Shown here: positions 16,003-24,783 of the stretch, piece by piece
Numbering within the stretch: position 1 is the first letter of the stretch
Layout of the letters: every line of letters starts with the position of its first letter
Assembly: GCF_017876815.1 (NCBI RefSeq)
Contig: NZ_JAGIOS010000001.1
Coordinates: 2,220,001-2,252,000 of the forward strand
DNA: 32,000 bases
Reading direction: 5' to 3'
Origin: Sinorhizobium meliloti
GTDB taxonomy: Bacteria; Pseudomonadota; Alphaproteobacteria; Rhizobiales; Rhizobiaceae
Translations under genes and position numbers: made by a program
The notes under the pieces: generated by a model
The model's input: the letters and a program-made list of their open reading frames with translations, nothing else
What the model was told of the DNA's origin: nothing
Databases searched by the model: none

Positions 16003-16078
16003 CGTCCTTGCGTGAGAGTGGGAGAGCCGGTCGGCGTCCGCCGCACGTGTGGAGGAGAATTCGAGAGGGAGGGGAGCT

Positions 16079-17266
16079 ATGTTCAAAAAGCTCGCAAAAT
16101 CATCGCTGTTCGCGGCGGCAGCCACTATCGCAGTCTTGCCGATGCTGGGCGCTGTGCCGGCCGTTGCGCAGGACGGCGAAAATATCGACGTCACCATCGG
16201 TTGGGTGCCGCCGGACATTACCGGCGTCTTCAAGACGGCCACGAATTTCTTCGAGCTGGCTGCCGAGGACGCCAATAAGAACGGTTTCAACGTCAAGGTT
16301 CTGACGAAGTCGCCGACCAGCCCTACGGCCTTCGCCGAGCAGGTCAGCATCATCGAGGACATGATTCAGCGCAAGGTCGATCTCATCGCCGTTTCCCCGG
16401 CTGAAGTCGCAACCGTCAAGCCGGCCCTTGCCCGCGCCACGGCAGCCGGCATCCCGGTCGTCGTCGTCAATCTGCTCGAGCCGATCGACGGCGTTGACGT
16501 CTCGTCCTACATCGGCTTCGACAACACGCAGGGCGCGGAGGTGAGCGCCTATTCGGTCGTAGATTATTTCGGCGGTCCGGGCGTGCTTGGTACCGGCGAC
16601 AAGGTCGATGTCGAACCCGGCACCTATCTCGACCTGAAGTTCTGGGAGGATATCGCTTCCAAGCTCTCGGCCGAGGACAAGGCCAAGATCAAGGCGCGCG
16701 GTGCCATCATCGAGGGTGTTGCCGGGGGCTTCTACTCGACGGCCCGCCTCGAGGGATTCCGCAAGGTGCTCGAGCAGTTCCCGGGTATCGAGATCGTGGG
16801 CGGCACCTGCGCCGGCGACTGGAACCGCGAGAAGGGCACGCGTTGCGCCGAGGATATCCTGCAGGCCAATCAGGGCAATCTCGATTTCATCTGGGCGGCG
16901 TCGAACGAGATGGGCCTCGGAGCGATGCTGGTGGCCGGCTCGCAGAACCGGCTCGAAACCACGCAGGACGGCGCGGCTGTCGGTGACACGAAGGTGGCGA
17001 TCTTCACCAATGACGTCACGCCGGAGTCGGTCGACCGCATAGCCGAGGGCAAGATGATCGCCGAAACGACCCATGGCTTCGCCGATTGGGGTTGGTTCGG
17101 CACCAAGTTTGCCGTCGAACTCGCCTGCGGCCTGGAAGTGCCGAAGACCTTCGACATTCGCCCGCGCAGCGTTTACGAGGCGAATGCGCGCAACTTCTAT
17201 CCGGAACCGAAGCTTGAGCCGATCGACTGGAAGACCATCCGGGCGAACTGCAAGAAAGCCGACTGA
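16079..17266 (+). CDS. Sugar ABC transporter substrate-binding protein (periplasmic-binding-protein type I)
   Basis: Track ORF 16049..17266. Start at ATG 16079, behind a GAGGGAGGGGAG SD. Sec signal peptide MFKKLAKSSLFAAAATIAVLPMLGAVPAVAQ. Followed by the ATPase and permease genes. Confidence 0.9.
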   Translation: MFKKLAKSSLFAAAATIAVLPMLGAVPAVAQDGENIDVTIGWVPPDITGVFKTATNFFELAAEDANKNGFNVKVLTKSPTSPTAFAEQVSIIEDMIQRKVDLIAVSPAEVATVKPALARATAAGIPVVVVNLLEPIDGVDVSSYIGFDNTQGAEVSAYSVVDYFGGPGVLGTGDKVDVEPGTYLDLKFWEDIASKLSAEDKAKIKARGAIIEGVAGGFYSTARLEGFRKVLEQFPGIEIVGGTCAGDWNREKGTRCAEDILQANQGNLDFIWAASNEMGLGAMLVAGSQNRLETTQDGAAVGDTKVAIFTNDVTPESVDRIAEGKMIAETTHGFADWGWFGTKFAVELACGLEVPKTFDIRPRSVYEANARNFYPEPKLEPIDWKTIRANCKKAD

Positions 17267-17281
17267 GCTTCTCCCAGGGCT

Positions 17282-17314
17282 GCGGAGCATCTTCTCGAGA
17301 GAGGGGTGCTCCGC
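17282..17314 (+). other. Intercistronic stem-loop after the SBP gene
   Basis: GCGGAGCA (17282-17289) pairs with TGCTCCGC (17307-17314), with an inner TCTCGAGA palindrome. Lies 16 nt after the SBP stop. No U-tract. Confidence 0.45.
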
Positions 17315-17398
17315 GCCGCCGCTTGTATGCAGATGCAAACGGCGTGCGGAGGTAGAAAGGGCACGTTCAGTGCCAGTTCCTAGCGGTAGTTGTGGGGC

Positions 17399-18883
17399 AT
17401 GGACCAGCACGAAATCCTTCTGAAGCTCGAGAATATCGAGAAGCGCTTTCCCGGTGTCGTGGCGTTGAAGTCGATCTCGCTAGAGGTGCGCGCGGGCGAG
17501 GTGCAGGTGCTTCTCGGCGAAAACGGCGCGGGCAAGTCGACGCTGATGAAGATTCTCGCCGGCGAACATGCGCCGACGGGCGGGGAAATCGTGGTGGGTG
17601 GCCGCAAGGTTTCGGCGCTGACGCCGACGCTTGCCACCGAACTCGGCATCGGCCTCGTGCATCAGGAACTGAGTCTTGTCCCGGCGCTCAGCGTCGCCGA
17701 AAACATCCTGATCGGCCGGATGCCGCGCAATGCGTTCGGCAGGATAAACTGGGGCAAGGCCTACGAGGACGCGCGCCGCGCTCTCGAGGCGCTCGGCGTT
17801 TCCATCGATCCGACAGCCGAAGTGCGCACGCTCGAAGTGGCCGAGCAGCAATTGATCGAGATTACCCGCGTCCTGGAGCGCGGCCCGCGCATCCTTCTGC
17901 TCGATGAGCCCACCTCGGCACTCTCGGATAATGAGCGCAGCCGGCTCTTCGATGTCATTCGTCGCCTGAAACAGCGCGGCCACGGCATCATCTACATTTC
18001 CCATCACCTCTCGGAAATTCCGATGATCGCCGATCGCGTCACGGTGCTGCGCGACGGCCTCGTCGTGGAGACGCTGCCTGCCGACGAGGCGGACGAGGCG
18101 ACGGTGATCAGGCTGATGGTCGGCCGCAGGCTGGAGGAACAGTTTCCCAAGGAAACGGTGGAACTCGGGGCGCCCGTGCTTGCCGTCGAAAACCTCGCCT
18201 CCGGCCGCACGCTCAAGGATCTTTCCTTCACCCTCCGCCGTGGCGAAATCCTCGGCATCTACGGCCTGATGGGCGCGGGACAGGCCGAGATCGCCAACGC
18301 CCTGTTCGGCCTGCAGGCGGTCAAGACCGGTTCGATCGAGGTCGGGGGCAAGCGCGCGGATTTCCGGCATTCCTCGGATGCGATCGCGGCGGGGCTCGGT
18401 CTGATCTCCCGCGACCGCCGGCAGAGCCTCGTGCCGATGCAGCCGGTCGGTCCCAATCTCAGCCTCTCCTGGCTTTCCGGGAAGTCGCTTCTGTCGCGGC
18501 TCGATCTTACGCGCGAGCGCGAGGAGGGCAGCCGCTACATTTCCGATCTGCGCATCCGTCCGGCTTCCACCACGCACAAGCTGTTCTTCTTCAGCGGCGG
18601 CAACCAGCAGAAGGTCATTCTGGCGCGGTGGATGTCGAGCGGCGCGCGGATCCTGATTTTCGACGAGCCGACCCGCGGCATCGATGTCGGCGCCAAGGCA
18701 GAAGTGTTCGCGGTGATGAGCCGGCTGGTGTCGGAAGGCGCGTCAATTCTGATGATCTCCTCGGAGCTCAACGAACTGATCGGCATGGCGGACCGCGTGC
18801 TCGTCATGCGGAGCGGACGCCTCTCGGCGGAGCTGCCGAGGGAAGAGATATCGCAGCAGAACCTGCTGCGATATGCAAGCTAG
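17399..18883 (+). CDS. Sugar ABC transporter ATP-binding protein, duplicated ATPase (RbsA/MglA-like, CUT2)
   Basis: Two ABC domains: GENGAGKST ... ILLLDEPTSAL, and GLMGAGQAE ... FSGGNQQKV ... LIFDEPTRGID. Start is ATG 17399, or TTG 17390. The RBS is weak. Confidence 0.9.
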   Translation: MDQHEILLKLENIEKRFPGVVALKSISLEVRAGEVQVLLGENGAGKSTLMKILAGEHAPTGGEIVVGGRKVSALTPTLATELGIGLVHQELSLVPALSVAENILIGRMPRNAFGRINWGKAYEDARRALEALGVSIDPTAEVRTLEVAEQQLIEITRVLERGPRILLLDEPTSALSDNERSRLFDVIRRLKQRGHGIIYISHHLSEIPMIADRVTVLRDGLVVETLPADEADEATVIRLMVGRRLEEQFPKETVELGAPVLAVENLASGRTLKDLSFTLRRGEILGIYGLMGAGQAEIANALFGLQAVKTGSIEVGGKRADFRHSSDAIAAGLGLISRDRRQSLVPMQPVGPNLSLSWLSGKSLLSRLDLTREREEGSRYISDLRIRPASTTHKLFFFSGGNQQKVILARWMSSGARILIFDEPTRGIDVGAKAEVFAVMSRLVSEGASILMISSELNELIGMADRVLVMRSGRLSAELPREEISQQNLLRYAS

Positions 18884-18993
18884 AGCGGGATGAGGAAAAG
18901 TGTGTGCGGTTTTCCGCCCGCATCCCGCTCTAATCTATTGGAATCGATCACGTTCATGTTTTTAGGTCGACCCGACCTAAAAACATCGTGATC
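18882..18993 (+). repeat. RIME-like bipartite palindromic element between the ATPase and permease cistrons
   Basis: Palindrome 1: AGAGCGGGATG (18882-18892) pairs with CATCCCGCTCT (18921-18931), enclosing the family core AGGAAAAGTGTGTGCGGTTTTCCGCCCG. Palindrome 2: GATCACGTTCATGTTTTTAGGTCG (18946-18969) pairs with CGACCTAAAAACATCGTGATC (18973-18993). Confidence 0.7.
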
Positions 18994-19005
18994 TAGGGAG
19001 TGGGA

Positions 19006-20055
19006 ATGGATATGCGTGCGGAAAAGAACCCGGACATCCCGGCCGGTGGGGCTGGTGCCCGCAAGACGAAGTTGAAGGCGGTCGTCTTTCAGGCTGGTCC
19101 GCTGATCGCCCTGGTCCTGCTCATGGCCTATCTCGCCTTTGCCACATCCAACTTCCTGACGCTCGACAACCTTTCCAACGTGGCGCGGCAGTCCGCATTC
19201 GTCGCCATTCTCGCGGTCGGGCAGACATTCGTCATCCTGACGGGCGGCATAGATCTTTCGGTCGCGGCCATCGCGGCGCTTTCCGCCTCGATAACCGCCG
19301 TCCTACTCACGCAGCCGCTCGTGCTGTTCGGTATCGATTTCGGCTTCGTGCCGCCGCCGGTGGCGATCCTCATCGGGATTCTCATCGGCATGGCCGCCGG
19401 TGCGCTCAACGGCTGGCTCATCTCCAAGTTCAAGATCCCGGACTTCATCGCGACGCTCGGCACGATGACGGCGTTCCGCGGCGCGGCGCTGCTGGTCACC
19501 GACGGCCTGCCTGTCCCCTCCTTCAATGCCGGCCGGCAACTTCCCGAAAGCCTGATCTGGGTCGGCGGCGGCCAGCTCTTCGGGGTGCCGGTGAGCGCGC
19601 TCATCGCTCTGCTCTGCGCGGCTGCCGGCTGGTACGTGCTCCGCTACACCGCGCTCGGGCGAGCGATCTACGCTGTCGGCGGCAACCGTGCGGCCGCCCA
19701 TTCGTCCGGCATCAGCATTTCGCGCACCAAGATCATGACCTATGCCATTTCCGGCCTTCTGGCCGCGATCGCGGGCATCATCCTGGTCGGGCGCCTCAAC
19801 TCCGCCAATGCGCTTATGGCGGATGGCGAGGAGCTGCGTTCCATCGCCTCCGTCGTCATCGGCGGCACCAATCTCTTCGGCGGCGAAGGCGGTGTATGGG
19901 GATCGATCATCGGCGCGGCCATCATCGGCGTGCTCGGCAACGGCCTCAACCTGCTCGATGTCAGCCCGTTCTGGCAGCGCATCGCGCAGGGCGTCGTCAT
20001 CGTGGTCGTCGTGATCTTCGACCAATGGCGCCGTCGCAGCATGACGCGCGTTTGA
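19006..20055 (+). CDS. Sugar ABC transporter permease (RbsC/AraH-type, BPD_transp_2)
   Basis: Multi-pass hydrophobic protein with the family motif LTGGIDLSVAAI. GGGAG SD at 18996-19000, 5 nt before ATG 19006. GTG 19000 and ATG 19012 are alternatives. Confidence 0.88.
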   Translation: MDMRAEKNPDIPAGGAGARKTKLKAVVFQAGPLIALVLLMAYLAFATSNFLTLDNLSNVARQSAFVAILAVGQTFVILTGGIDLSVAAIAALSASITAVLLTQPLVLFGIDFGFVPPPVAILIGILIGMAAGALNGWLISKFKIPDFIATLGTMTAFRGAALLVTDGLPVPSFNAGRQLPESLIWVGGGQLFGVPVSALIALLCAAAGWYVLRYTALGRAIYAVGGNRAAAHSSGISISRTKIMTYAISGLLAAIAGIILVGRLNSANALMADGEELRSIASVVIGGTNLFGGEGGVWGSIIGAAIIGVLGNGLNLLDVSPFWQRIAQGVVIVVVVIFDQWRRRSMTRV

Positions 20056-20084
20056 GATCTATGAAGAGAGCCCGGCGCTGCAAT

Positions 20085-20155
20085 AGAGCGGGATGTGGAA
20101 AAGTGTGGGGCGGTATTCGTCGGGGAGTGCGTAGTTCCAAAAGGATAGAGCGCCT
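20085..20155 (+). repeat. Degenerate RIME-like repeat copy downstream of the permease gene
   Basis: AGAGCGGGATGTGGAAAAGTGTGGGGCGGTATTCG matches the first 35 nt or so of the 18882 element with a few substitutions. The right arm has diverged. Confidence 0.55.
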
Positions 20156-20313
20156 TTGGTGTTTAAATGAACACTGAACACGCTCGATCTGGTGGTCACC
20201 TATTGCTTTGTCGGTCGCGAAAAGCATGCTTCTGTCGAAGACACCGCCGGCCTTCCAGCAGGGCATTTCCGGCTGGTTGTGACGAAACATGCTGCCACCG
20301 AGGTGTTGACCCC

Positions 20314-21219
20314 ATGAACATCAAGCACCTGGACGTCCTGCGGACACTCCTTGCAACCGGTTCGACCATCGCGGCCGCGAAGGCCATGGGTCTCAGCCAG
20401 TCGGGAGTGAGCCGCATGCTGCAGCAGCTTGAAAGCGATTTGGCGATCACGCTTTTCGCCCGCGACAAGGGCCGGTTGATTCCGACGCCGGAGGCGACGG
20501 TTCTTGGGCGTGATGCGCAAAACGTGCTGCTGGCCATCGAGCGCATGTCCGGCCATGCGGAGGACCTTCGCAACGGCTCCGCCGGGCCGGAGATCGTCCG
20601 CATCGGGCTGCCGAGCAGCATGTGGGAAAATTTCGCACCCGCCATGTTGATCGACTATGTCAGGGATTTTCCCGGCGTTCGCATCGAGACATTCTTCGAG
20701 ACGACGACGGCGATCACCAAACTGGTCGAGGAACGCGTAATCGACCTCGGTTTTTTGCGCATCGAAGGCGAAACGGGGCCGGGCATTGCGATCGACAAGG
20801 TTGCGAGCGGTGAAAGCGTCTGCGTCGTTCCGAAGGATCACTCGCTCGCCGAGTTGCCCGAGATCACCGTCAAGCATCTGCGAAACGTGCCGCTGATCCT
20901 GATCGGCCGGCAGCGGCCGAACCGCATGGCGCTTGACCAGGCCTTTCAGCGGGCAGGGGTAAAGCAGATGGTAAAGATCGAAACCCACACCAACAGTTCG
21001 GCCTGTTCCTATGTCGCGCATGGACTGGGCGTCTCGATCATCAGCAGCTTCTATGCGAATCTCTACCGTCACCTGCCCGTCGTATACCGGCCGTTCGTGC
21101 CTCGTGCGACACAGGAATTTGGGTTGGTGCGTGCAGCCGGAGTTCCGCTCTCCATCGCCGCCCAGGCGCTCAGCGACGCCCTCAAGAAGCAGATCCGGCT
21201 TTCGCAAGAAGAACAATAA
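20314..21219 (+). CDS. LysR-family transcriptional regulator
   Basis: Track ORF 20167..21219. Start at ATG 20314 (MNIKHLDVLRTLLATGSTIAAAKAMGLSQSGVSRMLQQLE, the LysR HTH), followed by a LysR substrate-binding domain. Confidence 0.9.
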   Translation: MNIKHLDVLRTLLATGSTIAAAKAMGLSQSGVSRMLQQLESDLAITLFARDKGRLIPTPEATVLGRDAQNVLLAIERMSGHAEDLRNGSAGPEIVRIGLPSSMWENFAPAMLIDYVRDFPGVRIETFFETTTAITKLVEERVIDLGFLRIEGETGPGIAIDKVASGESVCVVPKDHSLAELPEITVKHLRNVPLILIGRQRPNRMALDQAFQRAGVKQMVKIETHTNSSACSYVAHGLGVSIISSFYANLYRHLPVVYRPFVPRATQEFGLVRAAGVPLSIAAQALSDALKKQIRLSQEEQ

Positions 21220-21289
21220 AACCAACATATTGGCTCTTTTGAGCACTCCGTCCCATTGCTCGGCGACCTTCCGAAGCCCGCATAAGGCT

Positions 21290-21319
21290 ATGACGAATAT
21301 GCATAATATTGCGCGTCAT
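21290..21319. promoter_or_regulatory. Nested palindrome ATGACG-AATAT-gcata-ATATT-gcg-CGTCAT between the LysR gene and the ABC importer operon
   Basis: Outer arms at 21290-21295 and 21314-21319. Inner arms at 21296-21300 and 21306-21310. It sits in an AT-rich island 79 nt upstream of ATG 21398. Confidence 0.3.
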
Positions 21320-21397
21320 TCCTCATTCCCGCATAGTCTGGGCCGAAGAAACCGATGATGGCTCGATTTCAACCCGACCATCAATCGTGGGGAACCG

Positions 21398-22342
21398 ATG
21401 CTACGCTTTATCCTGAGCCGTCTGATGATGGCTATTCCGACGATCGTGCTTGTCGCCGTGGCGGTCTTTGCACTGATCCGCTTCATTCCCGGTGATCCCG
21501 CCGCGCTGATGCTGGGGGACATGGCTCAGCCCGATCAGATCGCAGCGATGCGCGTGGAGCTCGGTCTTGACAGGTCCATGCCCCAGCAATTCCTGATCTG
21601 GGCCGGCGATGTACTGCGAGGCGATTTCGGCCGCTCGATCGTCAATGACGAGGCGGTGCTGCCGCTGGTCGTTTCGCGCTTTCTGGTGAGTGCGGAGATT
21701 GTGGTCGTCGCCGTGCTTCTGGCAAGCCTGATTGCCGTACCGGCAGGCGTGATTGCCGCCTGGCGTCAGAACAGTCTGACGGACCTGGCTCTGGTCGGAA
21801 CGGCAACGGTTCTCCTGTCCATCCCGACTTTTTGGCTCGGCTTGCTGCTGCTGTTGCTGTTCGGGCTTGAACTCGGCTGGCTGCCTGTTCTGGGCTATGT
21901 CTCGATCGGCGACAATCTGACCGCTGGTTTGCTCTATCTCGTCCTGCCCGTCGTGACGCTCGTCATCCATGAAGCGGGAGTGCTGATCCGCATGGCGCGT
22001 GCCTCCACGTTGGAAGTGCTGCGTCTCGATTACATTACCCACGCCCGTGCGAAAGGGCTGTCGGAAAGCGCCATGCTCTGGCGCCATGCGTTCAAGAACG
22101 CCTTTGGTCCGACCTGGACGATGATCGGCCTCATCCTGGGCAATCTGCTGGGCGGAATTGCCGTCATCGAGACGGTCTTCACCATTCCGGGGCTCGGCCG
22201 GCTGATGGTGGACAGCATTTTCGCGCGCGACTACCCCGTTATCCAGGGATGCCTTCTGTTCGTTTCGCTCTCCTATGTGCTGGTCAACCTCGTCGTCGAC
22301 CTTCTCTACCCTCTCTTCGATCCGCGTGTAGTCGCCGAATGA
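21398..22342 (+). CDS. Peptide/opine/nickel-type ABC transporter permease (DppB/OppB-like)
   Basis: 314 aa. Typical MLRFILSRLMMAIPT N-terminus and multiple TM segments. Confidence 0.9.
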   Translation: MLRFILSRLMMAIPTIVLVAVAVFALIRFIPGDPAALMLGDMAQPDQIAAMRVELGLDRSMPQQFLIWAGDVLRGDFGRSIVNDEAVLPLVVSRFLVSAEIVVVAVLLASLIAVPAGVIAAWRQNSLTDLALVGTATVLLSIPTFWLGLLLLLLFGLELGWLPVLGYVSIGDNLTAGLLYLVLPVVTLVIHEAGVLIRMARASTLEVLRLDYITHARAKGLSESAMLWRHAFKNAFGPTWTMIGLILGNLLGGIAVIETVFTIPGLGRLMVDSIFARDYPVIQGCLLFVSLSYVLVNLVVDLLYPLFDPRVVAE

Positions 22343-23157
22343 AAAAGTTGACCCTCAACGGACTGATCGGCGGCATCCTGATCGCCATCCTGCTCGTCAC
22401 CGCTGCCGTCGGTCTCTTCTGGACACCGTTCGACCCGATGAAACTCTCCTTCACGGCGCGGCTTGCAGCTCCCGGCCCCGCGCATCTGCTCGGCACCGAC
22501 GAATTCGGCCGCGATGTCTTGAGCCGCCTGATGGTCGGCGCCCGCGCCAGCGTCTGGATCGGCGTGCTCACCGTCGGCTTCGCCACTGTCTGCGGGACGC
22601 TCATCGGCCTCATCAGCGGTTATGCGCGCGGCTGGGTGGACGGCGTCATCATGGCTGTCAACAACGCGCTTCTCGCTTTTCCCGGCATCCTGCTGGCGCT
22701 AGGGCTGCTCGCCGTCTTCGGCGCCAACCAGTACGGCATCATCTTCGCGCTCGGCATCGCCTATACGCCTTCCATGGCGCGCGTCGTGCGAGGCGCCGTG
22801 CTTTCGCTGAGGGAGCGGGAGTTCATCGAGGCCTCGCGGGTAATGGGCAATGGCGAACTTTATACGATGTTGCGCCATATCCTGCCGAACTGCGTGGCGC
22901 CGATCACGGTTCTCGCCACCTCCATGTTCGGCTGGGCCATCCTGTCGGAAAGCGCGCTCTCGTTTCTCGGCCTCGGCGTGCCGCCGCCGGCGCCGACCTG
23001 GGGCAACATGCTGGCGGCCGGGCGGCCATTCCTCCAGCAGGCCGCATGGCTCGGATTGTTCCCGGGTCTGTGCATCGCGCTGACGCTGCTTGGCATCAAT
23101 CTTCTGGGCGACGCGCTCCGCGACAGGCTCGACCCGCGCATGAGAGGCCTGAAATGA
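22339..23157 (+). CDS. Peptide/opine/nickel-type ABC transporter permease (DppC/OppC-like)
   Basis: Track ORF 22249..23157. Start at ATG 22339 (MKKLTLNGLIGGILIAILLV), with ATGA overlap onto the upstream stop. Confidence 0.9.
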   Translation: MKKLTLNGLIGGILIAILLVTAAVGLFWTPFDPMKLSFTARLAAPGPAHLLGTDEFGRDVLSRLMVGARASVWIGVLTVGFATVCGTLIGLISGYARGWVDGVIMAVNNALLAFPGILLALGLLAVFGANQYGIIFALGIAYTPSMARVVRGAVLSLREREFIEASRVMGNGELYTMLRHILPNCVAPITVLATSMFGWAILSESALSFLGLGVPPPAPTWGNMLAAGRPFLQQAAWLGLFPGLCIALTLLGINLLGDALRDRLDPRMRGLK

Positions 23158-24782
23158 CGATGGACAAGCTTCTCACCGTTTGCGGCCTTTCGCTTGAAGT
23201 CGCAAGAACCGGCCAGCAGGTCGTCAAGTCGGTCTCCTTCGACCTGGCGCCGGGCGAGATCTTCGGCATCGTCGGCGAAAGCGGCTCCGGCAAGACGCTG
23301 GCGACCCGAGCGCTGATCTCGCTGCTGCCGCCGACCATCAAGGTCGCTGACGGGTCGGTGTCCTACAAGGGCCGCGACGTGCTGAAGATGAAGGAAAATG
23401 AGCTTCGCCATCTGCGCGGCGCAGAGATCGGCGTCGTCTTCCAGGAGCCGATGACCTCACTCAACCCGTCGATGACGATCGGCCGGCAGCTGGAGGAAGG
23501 ACTCATCCTGCACACCAAGGCCTCGGCGCAGGAGCGACGCTCCCTCATACTCGACATGTTGAAGCGGGTCGGCATCCGTGATCCGGAGGGCGCGCTTTCC
23601 TCCTATCCGCACGAGTTTTCGGGCGGCATGCGCCAGCGCATCATGCTTGCCTCCGTCATGCTTTTGAAGCCGGCGCTGCTGATCGCCGATGAGCCGACCA
23701 CGGCACTCGATGCCGTCATCCAGCGCGACGTGATGGAACTGATGGTGGAACTGACGCGGGCGGAAGGTACGGCCATTTTGCTGATCAGCCACGATCTTCC
23801 GATGGTGGCGCGCTACACGAGCCGTATCGTCGTGATGGAAAAGGGCGCGATCGTGGAAAAGGGCCGGACCGAGGACCTGCTCAAGGCACCGCAGCATCCT
23901 TACACGAAGAAGCTCCTCTCCTCGCTGCCCTTCCGCGGCCGGCCGCGCCAGATCGATCTGACGAGCGTGCCCATGATCTCGGCCCGCGATATCATCGTGG
24001 ACTATGCAGGCCGAAAGTCGCTGTTCAGGAAGAACAAGCCGAAGCGCGCGCTGCATGGCGTCAGCATCGACATTCACGAGGGCGAGGTCGTGGCACTCGT
24101 CGGCGGTTCCGGCTCCGGCAAGACGACGCTCGGCCGCACCATTGCCGGTCTCGTCACGGAAAGCGAGGGCCGCATCCAGTTCCAGGGACGGCCGCGCACT
24201 GAAAACTGGACCGATTATCGCCTCAACTGCCAGATGGTGTTCCAGGATCCTTATTCATCGCTCGATCCGCGCATGACCATCGAGGCGCTGGTCGAAGAGG
24301 CGCTGAGGCCGGTGCCGGGCCTGGATGGCAAGGCCAAGCGCAAGCGTACCCTGGAAACGCTGGAGGAAGTCGGGCTCGGGGTCGACTATGCCGGCCGTTA
24401 TCCGCACGAACTCTCCGGAGGCCAACGCCAGCGCGTCGCCATTGCGCGTGCGATCGCGAGACGCCCGCGATTCCTGATCGCGGACGAACCGGTTTCCGCG
24501 CTCGACGTGACGGTCAGGGCGCAGGTCCTCGATCTCTTCTCGGATCTGCAGAAACGCTACGGCTTTTCGTGCCTGTTCATCAGTCACGACCTCGGCGTCG
24601 TCGAACAGGTGGCCGACCGCGTCGTCGTCATGCAGGACGGCCGGATCATCGAGGAGGGTGACCGCGACACGATTTTCGACAGTCCGAAGGAAGCCTATAC
24701 GCGCCGGCTTCTCTCGGCCATTCCCGCCCTCGACCAGAACGAAAAGGGCGGCGTGACACTCAAATGGCGTCTGGAGAATTGA
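23154..24782 (+). CDS. Fused double ABC ATPase (DppD/DppF-like)
   Basis: Start at ATG 23154, overlapping the upstream stop (ATGA). Two ABC modules: GESGSGKT ... FSGGMRQR ... LIADEPTTALD, and GGSGSGKTT ... LSGGQRQRVAIARA ... LIADEPVSALD. Confidence 0.9.
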   Translation: MTMDKLLTVCGLSLEVARTGQQVVKSVSFDLAPGEIFGIVGESGSGKTLATRALISLLPPTIKVADGSVSYKGRDVLKMKENELRHLRGAEIGVVFQEPMTSLNPSMTIGRQLEEGLILHTKASAQERRSLILDMLKRVGIRDPEGALSSYPHEFSGGMRQRIMLASVMLLKPALLIADEPTTALDAVIQRDVMELMVELTRAEGTAILLISHDLPMVARYTSRIVVMEKGAIVEKGRTEDLLKAPQHPYTKKLLSSLPFRGRPRQIDLTSVPMISARDIIVDYAGRKSLFRKNKPKRALHGVSIDIHEGEVVALVGGSGSGKTTLGRTIAGLVTESEGRIQFQGRPRTENWTDYRLNCQMVFQDPYSSLDPRMTIEALVEEALRPVPGLDGKAKRKRTLETLEEVGLGVDYAGRYPHELSGGQRQRVAIARAIARRPRFLIADEPVSALDVTVRAQVLDLFSDLQKRYGFSCLFISHDLGVVEQVADRVVVMQDGRIIEEGDRDTIFDSPKEAYTRRLLSAIPALDQNEKGGVTLKWRLEN

Positions 24783-24783
24783 T

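Noticed and set aside
16100-17410. A 436-aa minus-strand ORF opposite the sugar SBP gene. A 499-aa ORF at 25581..27080 opposite the family-5 SBP gene is analogous.
   Set aside because: Same shadow-frame signature. The plus-strand genes have signal peptides, SD sequences and operon context.
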